Positions 7,750 through 14,464 of a stretch of 14,464 bases of DNA are shown here, piece by piece. The stretch is from NCBI GenBank assembly GCA_030668825.1, contig DAOVET010000064.1, positions 1 to 14,464 of the forward strand, written 5' to 3'. Position 1 is the first letter of the stretch, and every line of letters starts with the position of its first letter. Below the pieces are notes generated by a model. That model saw only the letters and a list, made by a program, of their open reading frames with translations. It was not told where the DNA came from and ran no database searches. The position numbers and the translations under genes were made by a program. This stretch comes from Candidatus Heimdallarchaeota archaeon (lineage in GTDB: Archaea > Asgardarchaeota > Heimdallarchaeia > Heimdallarchaeales > Heimdallarchaeaceae).

Positions 7750-7842
7750 ATCTGACTGGTATATATTTTGAAAGATTTTGTTTATTTCTTCTAGCTGGAG
7801 AACCTATTCCTTTTTACTTCTAATGAAAGTTGTTGGTGGATA
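7750..7842. repeat. Intergenic degenerate direct repeat, copy B (93 bp)
   Basis: Second copy of 7393-7484, 357 bp downstream in the same orientation. Confidence 0.92.
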
Positions 7843-7846
7843 GAGT

Positions 7847-7868
7847 AAAAAAAATAACAAAGCAACAA
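7847..7868 (-). terminator. Oligo-T terminator after tldE
   Basis: Minus strand reads TTGTTGCTTTGTTATTTTTTTT directly after the TAG. Confidence 0.5.
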
Positions 7869-9221
7869 CTATTTTGTTGCGGCTGAGATATTTATATCTT
7901 CAATTAGAACATGTGGAATAAATGTTGGTACATTAACTTCCCAGCTTTTGATTTGTTTGATTTCTTTACCTAAAGCTGTGACATTTTTGAAAATATTACC
8001 CATGGTGTCGCTAATTCGTAATTCTCTCACGGGTTTAGAAATCTCTCCATTTTCTATGATAAACATACCATCTCGGGGAATGGAGGAGAATATACCGTCT
8101 GCATAGCTAGTAAATCTTGTATACCAGTTATTGGTAATATATAATGTTGGTTTTCCTTTGGTTAGTTCTAATAATTCCTCAAAAGTATGTTCTCCAGGTT
8201 CAAAGAAAACATTGGAGTTTTGAGGTAAAACTAAACCTGCATTTCCAGTACTTGTCGTACCTGCTTTTTTAGCGGTTGAAGTATTGTGGATAAATCCTTT
8301 TAGAATCCCCTTCTCAACAATAACATTTCTACCTGTTGGATGACCTTCTTCATCGAATGATTTAGAACCTAATCCATTTGGAAGAAGTGCATCGTCATAA
8401 ACAGATATTAATTCTGGACCAATTGGTTCTCCTATTTTATCTTTTAACCATGACATTCCTATGTCAACCATAAATGGATTTGCTGCTCCAGGGGTAGCTG
8501 CTACTACATCAGCTGCTACTCTGGGTTCTAGTAGAATATTATACTTCCCAGGATCTCCATTAGTTCCTCCAATTGCCATTTTAGCGATTTCTCCTGCTCT
8601 TGTTCCAGCTCTTTCAAAATCAACTTTAGAAAATAGTCTTCCTACTTCTACATCTGCTCCAGAGCTAGTTTCATCAATGAAGGATCTTATGCTAAACTCA
8701 TAAGTTGTAGAGTTTTCAGAGACGCTAGCTCCTTTCGAAGATAGAAGATGTTCTTCTTTAACTTCCCAAGCTAAGACTCCAGCCGATCTCTTCGCGCCTT
8801 CAGCTTCAGCAGCATTTATAGCTCCTTCAACTTGATCAATAGATTGGTCGTGAAATTCGACAAAGTCAGTATCAGCTAAATATTCTATTGTGGGATAACT
8901 GAAAGGACCATCCGAAATTCCAAAATAGTTTTGGTTTGGAGGTAATGATTTAGCAAGTTTCTCTAAAGATTCAAGAGCTGTAATGATTGAATTCTCAGAG
9001 AGATCTTGTATTTTCATAGCAACAGTCCTGGAGTCTTTAGCTGCAAAAACACCTAGTTCTAGAGACGCCCAATTTTTAGCTATTGTTATCTGGCTGTCAG
9101 CAAATCGTAATTGAGATCGATTTCCTCTATTAGCAATTATTGCAAAATCATCAAATTCTAATGAATTGAGTTTATTCGCTGTTAAGTCTAGAATATTTTT
9201 TATATCTATTTTATTACCCAT
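7869..9221 (-). CDS. tldE: TldE/PmbA-family metalloprotease partner subunit
   Basis: LRFADSQI, PGKYNILLEPRVAAD, SFDEEGHP, STGNAG and FIIENGEI; lacks the HExxxH motif. Start at ATG 9221, 5 nt after AGGTGA, which overlaps the tldD stop. Confidence 0.88.
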   Translation of the reverse strand: MGNKIDIKNILDLTANKLNSLEFDDFAIIANRGNRSQLRFADSQITIAKNWASLELGVFAAKDSRTVAMKIQDLSENSIITALESLEKLAKSLPPNQNYFGISDGPFSYPTIEYLADTDFVEFHDQSIDQVEGAINAAEAEGAKRSAGVLAWEVKEEHLLSSKGASVSENSTTYEFSIRSFIDETSSGADVEVGRLFSKVDFERAGTRAGEIAKMAIGGTNGDPGKYNILLEPRVAADVVAATPGAANPFMVDIGMSWLKDKIGEPIGPELISVYDDALLPNGLGSKSFDEEGHPTGRNVIVEKGILKGFIHNTSTAKKAGTTSTGNAGLVLPQNSNVFFEPGEHTFEELLELTKGKPTLYITNNWYTRFTSYADGIFSSIPRDGMFIIENGEISKPVRELRISDTMGNIFKNVTALGKEIKQIKSWEVNVPTFIPHVLIEDINISAATK

Positions 9222-9226
9222 AATCA

Positions 9227-9232
9227 TCACCT
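9227..9232 (-). promoter_or_regulatory. Shine-Dalgarno sequence of tldE overlapping the tldD stop codon
   Basis: Minus strand reads GTT-AGG-TGA-TGATT-ATG; the TGA within AGGTGA is the tldD stop. Confidence 0.65.
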
Positions 9233-10675
9233 AACCTCAACATTTCTTATACGCATAAAGGACCCTCCATGATAAACAGGAGCACCCTGCATTGGATCAC
9301 CTTTGCCACAAGTTGCCGCATCAAATTCTAGATACTTCTCTTTTGCAACAGCATCTACTGATCCCCATAATTTTGGAGTGGTAGTTTCTATTACTGGTCT
9401 TCGAACCATGTGTTTGATTTCTCCATTTTCTATGAGATATGCTTCCAAACCAACATATTTAGACTGATATCTTCGGTCATCGATATTCCATTCAGTAAAA
9501 TTGTTCATAAAAACTCCAAGTTTAATATCTTCGAACAATTCTTCATATTCAAATGTACCTGGAGCTAAGTATGTATTAGCCATCCTTGGTATTGGTTCCC
9601 TGTTGAAACCAATTGCTCTCGCAGCTGCTGTGCTATTGGTTCCCATCCATGCTGCACTTTCTCTGTTGTGAAGCATTTCTTCGAAAATACCTTTGTTATG
9701 AAGATATCTTGGACCTGCTTTCACACCTTCATCATCATATAAATAATACCCATAAGATCCTTCTAAGGTTGGATCATCTATAATTGTAACATGCTCAGAT
9801 CCTATTTGCTGTCCAATCATATCCTCTTTAAGATAGCTTTCACCAGCTTGAGCTCCTTCTCTCCCCAGAATTCGGTCACCTTCAGTTGGATGTCCAGTGT
9901 TTTCATGACACATGATACCAATAACATTAGGACCTACAACATAGTCTATTACTCCTGTAGGTGCATCCTTTGATTCAGTTACAATTTTGCTTAATTTAAT
10001 TACTTCTTTTGTAACGAAGTCTTCTATTTTCCAATAATCTAGGGATTCTAATCCCCCAGTCTTACCCTTCTGAATCATTATTTGCTCTTTTGAACCAGTA
10101 GTTGGATTAACAGCAACAATTATACCAAACAGCTGCAATCTGTCAATCTCACTCTCAATTTTGGTCCCTTCGTTTGTAATAATATATTTCTTTTCTGTTT
10201 CATCTAGCATTTGGAAGAATCTGAAAGGAATAACAGCATTTGTCTTAAGTTCTGCAAGTAACTTATCGATCCCCATTAATCTATTAATTTTAGCTTCTGG
10301 GTCTACTTCAAAAGGTCTCTTTCCACTTTCTCCTAAAGCTTCAAACTTGACTTCATGGATCTTTTCATCACTAAAAACTATCTTTTTAGATCTTCTTTTA
10401 CCAGTAGCTTCAGCCATTTTTGTAGCAAAAGCTACAGCAATACTCATCTCATCCTTTGTCATTTCATTAAAACTAGCAAAACCTACTCCTCCATCTTTTA
10501 GGACCCTTATTCCTATACCATTACTTCTTGCTATTGCTCCTAATTCAGGAACACCATTTTTGAGAATACTTGTGTTCATCAAAGAGTTAACATATCTTGC
10601 TTCAATATACTGAGCACCAAGCTTTTCTCCTTCTTCAATCGCTTTTTCCGCTAAATCATAAGAACTTGAAGGCAT
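9227..10675 (-). CDS. tldD: TldD-family metalloprotease, catalytic subunit
   Basis: GIGIRVL, metal motif CHENTGHPTEGD, YDDEGV, PIPRMANTY and the C-terminal Cys ligand in TCGKGDPMQ. ATG 10675 is preferred over TTG 10681. Confidence 0.92.
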   Translation of the reverse strand: MPSSSYDLAEKAIEEGEKLGAQYIEARYVNSLMNTSILKNGVPELGAIARSNGIGIRVLKDGGVGFASFNEMTKDEMSIAVAFATKMAEATGKRRSKKIVFSDEKIHEVKFEALGESGKRPFEVDPEAKINRLMGIDKLLAELKTNAVIPFRFFQMLDETEKKYIITNEGTKIESEIDRLQLFGIIVAVNPTTGSKEQIMIQKGKTGGLESLDYWKIEDFVTKEVIKLSKIVTESKDAPTGVIDYVVGPNVIGIMCHENTGHPTEGDRILGREGAQAGESYLKEDMIGQQIGSEHVTIIDDPTLEGSYGYYLYDDEGVKAGPRYLHNKGIFEEMLHNRESAAWMGTNSTAAARAIGFNREPIPRMANTYLAPGTFEYEELFEDIKLGVFMNNFTEWNIDDRRYQSKYVGLEAYLIENGEIKHMVRRPVIETTTPKLWGSVDAVAKEKYLEFDAATCGKGDPMQGAPVYHGGSFMRIRNVEVR

Positions 10676-10695
10676 GTTCAAAGCAATAGAAAGGA

Positions 10696-10705
10696 TATAT
10701 TTAAA
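10696..10705 (-). promoter_or_regulatory. TATA box for tldD-tldE
   Basis: TTTAAATATA on the minus strand; the octamer ends 22 nt before ATG 10675. Confidence 0.6.
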
Positions 10706-10720
10706 GCTATTCGAACACTG

Positions 10721-10736
10721 AAAAATAGCTATTTTT
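10721..10736. promoter_or_regulatory. Perfect 16-bp palindrome, candidate operator between divergent genes
   Basis: AAAAATAG|CTATTTTT. The palindrome is directly visible; the operator role is inferred. Confidence 0.5.
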
Positions 10737-10799
10737 TGCCAAATATTTTTAAGAGACTTATTTTACTCTTTGATATTCAAAATTTTAGAGATGTTAACT

Positions 10800-12440
10800 A
10801 TGTCAACTGTTACAGCAGAGAAAAGCACAATTGAGGGGGTTGAATTAACAGGTTCAAAAGTAATGAAAAGAATAGTAACCTTAGATTTCCAGAGAGGCTT
10901 AGCCATATTTATGATGGTCTTCTTTCATTCAATGCAACATTTGTACGATTTTGGTTGGGCCACAGATGTTGAAAATCTATTGAAAATGAATTTCTTAATT
11001 GTTATTGGTATACTTCTTATGGTTTTCTTTGTAGGTTGGGCAGGATATTTTCTAATAATTTCTGCTATCGTTAATGCATTAGCTATGTCAAAACGAGCAT
11101 CCAAAGGTCATAAACCAATTCAGATAGTATTAAAACAAATTCTTACTGGAGCGGGAGTATTATTTGCAGCTATGTTGACTGACGGCTTGATTGGGTATTA
11201 TGGATTTTTAGGCTCAGCTATTAGGTCAGGTAATTGGAGTTACTCTAAATTCGTTCAGTTATTTGTAGGTAGATCATTTTTCATGATGGAAACTTTACAT
11301 ACAATTGGTTGGTGTATGATTATCAACGGAATTATTCACTATCTTCTAATTAGGAAGAATGGTTTCAAGAAAATCAAAAGAAATGTTCTTGTATATGCGA
11401 TTTTAGTTCTTACAGTTATAGTTGCTAGTCCATTTATCTGGAACTGGGTTGATAATATGAACTGGGGGGGATTTTATAATCTTAATTTCTTCTCTGAAGT
11501 ATCTGTTGATCAGAGATATTTTAGTAGCTTTAGATGGCCAAATGGGCTTGATCAGGCAAAAATTGGAACATTCAAGGCTAGTTTTTTTACATTACTTACG
11601 GGTGATTTAGAACCTCTTTTTCCATTCTTGGCAACATCATTTGCAGGTGCATTAATAGGAACTGTACTAGCTGACGATAAACCTCCTAAGAGACTCCCAT
11701 TTTATGGAGCTATGACATCACTAGGTTTTATTTCATTGGGAGCAATTCTAATTGTGGCAGGCTTACCTTTTGATTTCACTTGGTTCCGACCAGATCTAAC
11801 TTACTTCTTGATTCTAATGGGGACATGGATAGGGGTTATTTCTCTGCTTCTTTACAAAGTTGAATATAGAGGTGATCCTAAGAAGTTTGCTAACCGTAAA
11901 ATAGTTAGTTTAATGCGTTTATGGGGGATAATAGCATTGTCAATTTATACTCTGCAGATATTTTCAATTCTACCAAAATGGTTCGCCAGCTTACTTCTAA
12001 TAGACGTAAATCTTGTAACTGAAAGATACCCAATCCCATATGGTCAAGAAACTTATGTTTTTCTCCTTTGTTTCTACATCTTATTCACCTATCACTTGGT
12101 AGTTAAACTGTGGAGTAAAATCAATTTCAAATTCTCATTTGAATGGTTAATTATAAGATTCGCAGCTTTAGGTTCAAAACAAAGTGTTTCTCAAAGATTA
12201 AATGTTGATGCGATAATGAATAAGACTACATGGATCAATTATAAAAGAGAAGAAGTTTATCGTACATCAGCTTTAATCCTCTGCATCCTATTAGGTTTTC
12301 TCGGTTTACATAGATTCTACGTTGTCAAAAAGAAATCAGGATTTCTCTATCTTTTCACAGGAGGATTACTTTTTATTGGAGTTTTTTATGATATTTATCT
12401 GATGATTAAAGGAGAAGAGCCCTTTAGTATGAAGTGGTAA
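10800..12440 (+). CDS. Polytopic membrane protein: HGSNAT/DUF1624-like (transmembrane acyltransferase superfamily) domain plus C-terminal TM2 domain
   Basis: N-terminal RIVTLDFQRGLAIFMMVFFH, METLHTIG, PLFPF and ALSIYTLQ, with many hydrophobic helices. C-terminal ALILCILLGFLGLHRFY...GFLYLFTGG...D. The start is uncertain (10770 TTG, 10791 or 10800); GAGATG precedes ATG 10800. Confidence 0.78.
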   Translation: MSTVTAEKSTIEGVELTGSKVMKRIVTLDFQRGLAIFMMVFFHSMQHLYDFGWATDVENLLKMNFLIVIGILLMVFFVGWAGYFLIISAIVNALAMSKRASKGHKPIQIVLKQILTGAGVLFAAMLTDGLIGYYGFLGSAIRSGNWSYSKFVQLFVGRSFFMMETLHTIGWCMIINGIIHYLLIRKNGFKKIKRNVLVYAILVLTVIVASPFIWNWVDNMNWGGFYNLNFFSEVSVDQRYFSSFRWPNGLDQAKIGTFKASFFTLLTGDLEPLFPFLATSFAGALIGTVLADDKPPKRLPFYGAMTSLGFISLGAILIVAGLPFDFTWFRPDLTYFLILMGTWIGVISLLLYKVEYRGDPKKFANRKIVSLMRLWGIIALSIYTLQIFSILPKWFASLLLIDVNLVTERYPIPYGQETYVFLLCFYILFTYHLVVKLWSKINFKFSFEWLIIRFAALGSKQSVSQRLNVDAIMNKTTWINYKREEVYRTSALILCILLGFLGLHRFYVVKKKSGFLYLFTGGLLFIGVFYDIYLMIKGEEPFSMKW

Positions 12441-12453
12441 CTTCCTTTACCTA

Positions 12454-12468
12454 TTTTCTCTTTTTTTT
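12454..12468 (+). terminator. Oligo-T terminator after the HGSNAT-like gene
   Basis: TTTTCTCTTTTTTTT shortly after TAA 12440. Confidence 0.5.
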
Positions 12469-12548
12469 CAATTTCATTTGGTTAAACGATATATTATTAA
12501 ATTAGAGATGATTTCATCAGTATTAGAAAAATAATCGGAGATAGATTA

Positions 12549-13445
12549 ATGGTTTTAGCAACATGGCAAATTATACTCATTGGTACAGGAGCATCATTAT
12601 TTGCTGGATTGGCAACAGCTTTTGGAGCCATTCCTGTTTTCTTCAAAAAAGATATAAGCGATAAAACATTAGATTTGCTATTAGGTTTTGCAGCAGGTGT
12701 TATGTTAGCTGCTTCAGCTTTTAGTTTATTAGTACCTGCTTTAAATCTTGATCCTTTATCATTTGGCTCTCAACTTAAATTTTCAGCATTTAATCTATCT
12801 TTAAATGAATTGAATATTGAACCAGTTATAACGGAATCAAGATTTCAATTAGGGAGTATCTGGGTTGTTGTTGTTGGATTACTTGTTGGAGCTTTCTTCA
12901 TTGATCTAATTGATAAATGGGCTCCTCATGAGCATTTTGTTGCTGGTCCTGAAGGTAAAATGTCCAAACGACTTGCAGCTACATGGTTATTTATTATAGC
13001 AATTACAATTCACAATTTTCCTGAAGGTTTGGCTGTTGGAGTAAGTTATGGAAGTGGAAATGTTGGTGAAGGTTCAGTTGTTGCTATTGCAATAGGTCTT
13101 CAAAATATTCCCGAAGGAACTGCAGTGGCAATGCCTTTGCTGAGAGAAGGATATTCAAAAAAGAAAGCATTTATGATATCAGCTGCTACTGGGTTAGTAG
13201 AACCTGTAGGTGCAGTAATTGGTGTTGCTGCAGTTTCAACTGCACAATTTTTCCTTGGTTTTGGGATGGCTTTTGCAGCTGGAGCAATGATCTTTGTAGT
13301 TATTGATGAAATAATACCTGAAACGCATGGAAAAGAATATGCAAGACAGGTTACCTTTGGAGTAATCTTTGGATTTGTTATAATGATGTTTCTAGATAAT
13401 TTCATTGAACCCATTCTAAGTAACTTAATTGGCCCTGTAACGTGA
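12549..13445 (+). CDS. ZIP-family (ZupT/GufA-like) divalent metal transporter
   Basis: GFAAGVML, IHNFPEGLAVG, LQNIPEG, EPVGA and GAMIFVVIDEIIPE. GGAG lies 8 nt upstream of the ATG. Confidence 0.93.
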   Translation: MVLATWQIILIGTGASLFAGLATAFGAIPVFFKKDISDKTLDLLLGFAAGVMLAASAFSLLVPALNLDPLSFGSQLKFSAFNLSLNELNIEPVITESRFQLGSIWVVVVGLLVGAFFIDLIDKWAPHEHFVAGPEGKMSKRLAATWLFIIAITIHNFPEGLAVGVSYGSGNVGEGSVVAIAIGLQNIPEGTAVAMPLLREGYSKKKAFMISAATGLVEPVGAVIGVAAVSTAQFFLGFGMAFAAGAMIFVVIDEIIPETHGKEYARQVTFGVIFGFVIMMFLDNFIEPILSNLIGPVT

Positions 13446-13472
13446 TCAGCAATAAATAAAACAAAATAGGGA

Positions 13473-14462
13473 TTAAGGATAAATCCCTCTTAACTCATAT
13501 TGTTTAACAATTCTTTCTGATGCAATAGCGTAAGCAGCTAGTCTTATATCATTTATACAACATTCGTCTGCATAGTCAAAGACACTATCAAAAGCTCTAA
13601 CCATGATTTCTTCAAGTTTATTATTTACCTCTTCTTCAGTCCAGAATAAAGCATCATTACCTTGAACCCATTCAAAATAACTAACGGTTACTCCTCCTGC
13701 ATTTGCTAGTATGTCTGGTAAAACGAGAATATTATTCTCTTTCAGGATTTCATCCGCACCAGGAGTTGTAGGACCATTAGCTCCTTCAGCAATAATTTTG
13801 GCTTTAACATTAGGGGCATTATACTTGGTAATAACGCCTTCAATCGCACAGGGAGCTAATATATCTACTTCTAATTCTAAAAGCTCTTTATTAGATATGT
13901 CTTTAGTTGAATGTGGATATCCAAGAACTGTTTGGTCAGTATTTTCTAGGTTTTCGAAAACATATTTGTAAAGATCTTCAACATCAAATCCTTCTTCGTT
14001 AAAGATTCCACCTTGCCAATCTGATACTGCTATAACTTTGGACCCATTTTCTGCAATGATTCTTGCAAACCAAGACCCTACATTTCCAAAACCTTGAACT
14101 GCTACTGTTGCTCCTTCTAAGGGTAATTTCAATCTCTTCATCGCTTGACGAGTGACAAAAAATACTCCTCTTCCTGTTGCAGAAGCTCTTCCTAGAGATC
14201 CTCCCAATTCAACGGGTTTACCAGTTACAACCCCTAAAGCTGAGTGTCCTACTAACATGCTATAAGTATCATAAATCCAAGCCATTTCTCTAGCAGATGT
14301 GTTGATATCTGGAGCTGGTATATCGCTTCGAGGGTTGAATACATTGATCATTTGATGAGTATATCTTCTGGTTACTTTTTCTATTTCTTTTACTGACATC
14401 TCTCGAGGGTTACAAATAACTCCCCCTTTTGCTCCAGAATAAGGTAAACCTATAACAGCACA
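13473..14462 (-). CDS. gdhA: Glu/Leu/Phe/Val dehydrogenase (glutamate dehydrogenase), 5' end outside the window
   Basis: The frame stays open to the window edge (CAVIGLPYSGAKGGVICNPRE-MSVKE). Motifs PAPDINT, TGKP, GGSLGR, ATGRG, QGFGNVG, EGANGP and PDILANAGGVTVSYFEWVQ. Confidence 0.93.
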   Translation of the reverse strand, partial: CAVIGLPYSGAKGGVICNPREMSVKEIEKVTRRYTHQMINVFNPRSDIPAPDINTSAREMAWIYDTYSMLVGHSALGVVTGKPVELGGSLGRASATGRGVFFVTRQAMKRLKLPLEGATVAVQGFGNVGSWFARIIAENGSKVIAVSDWQGGIFNEEGFDVEDLYKYVFENLENTDQTVLGYPHSTKDISNKELLELEVDILAPCAIEGVITKYNAPNVKAKIIAEGANGPTTPGADEILKENNILVLPDILANAGGVTVSYFEWVQGNDALFWTEEEVNNKLEEIMVRAFDSVFDYADECCINDIRLAAYAIASERIVKQYELRGIYP

Positions 14463-14464
14463 TT

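Noticed and set aside
7393-7842. CRISPR array or integron attC sites as the explanation for the repeats
   Set aside because: There are only two copies, ~92 bp long and 357 bp apart. They lack RYYYAAC/GTTRRRY ends and a full-length hairpin, and no cas or intI gene is in the window.
8461-8703. 80-aa Ser/Ala-rich plus-strand ORF
   Set aside because: Antisense to tldE; its composition is typical of reverse-frame codons.
9791-9973. 60-aa plus-strand ORF
   Set aside because: Antisense shadow inside tldD.
10161-10613. 150-aa hydrophobic plus-strand ORF
   Set aside because: Antisense to tldD; the hydrophobicity mirrors Lys/Glu codons on the coding strand.
7522-10675. TldD/E plus small ORF as a RiPP (microcin B17-like) cluster
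   Set aside because: The small ORF is a recognisable YwbE-family protein rather than a precursor peptide, and no YcaO, radical SAM or exporter gene is present.
13100-13414. 104-aa minus-strand ORF
   Set aside because: Antisense shadow of the ZIP gene.
13453-13467. Third repeat copy after gdhA (minus strand ATTTTGTTTTATTTA)
   Set aside because: The similarity covers only about 13 nt of T-rich sequence and is better explained as terminator-like composition.
13711-13971. 86-aa plus-strand ORF
   Set aside because: Antisense shadow of glutamate dehydrogenase.

Overview
AT-rich (roughly one-third GC by eye), gene-dense chromosomal window of archaeal character: TATA-like boxes about 21-22 nt before start codons, oligo-T terminators and an AGGTGA ribosome-binding site. 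The C-terminally anchored peptide-binding proteins suggest an Asgard (Heimdallarchaeia-like) host, which is my inference. Gene order: partial hypothetical protein; Ddn-family (deazaflavin-dependent) oxidoreductase; PHP hydrolase; M3B oligoendopeptidase F; a 1219-aa ORF made of two family-5 (OppA/DppA-like) solute-binding proteins; a small YwbE-like gene between two ~92-bp degenerate direct repeats; TldE/TldD; an HGSNAT/DUF1624-like membrane protein with an appended TM2 domain; a ZIP metal transporter; partial glutamate dehydrogenase. Main observations: (1) both solute-binding units appear circularly permuted relative to canonical OppA/DppA; (2) they are joined in frame through an anchor helix plus a second signal peptide, like a polyprotein; (3) a non-coding repeat with a palindromic core flanks ywbE; (4) the HGSNAT-like/TM2 fusion. 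I saw no tRNA, rRNA, CRISPR array or transposase.
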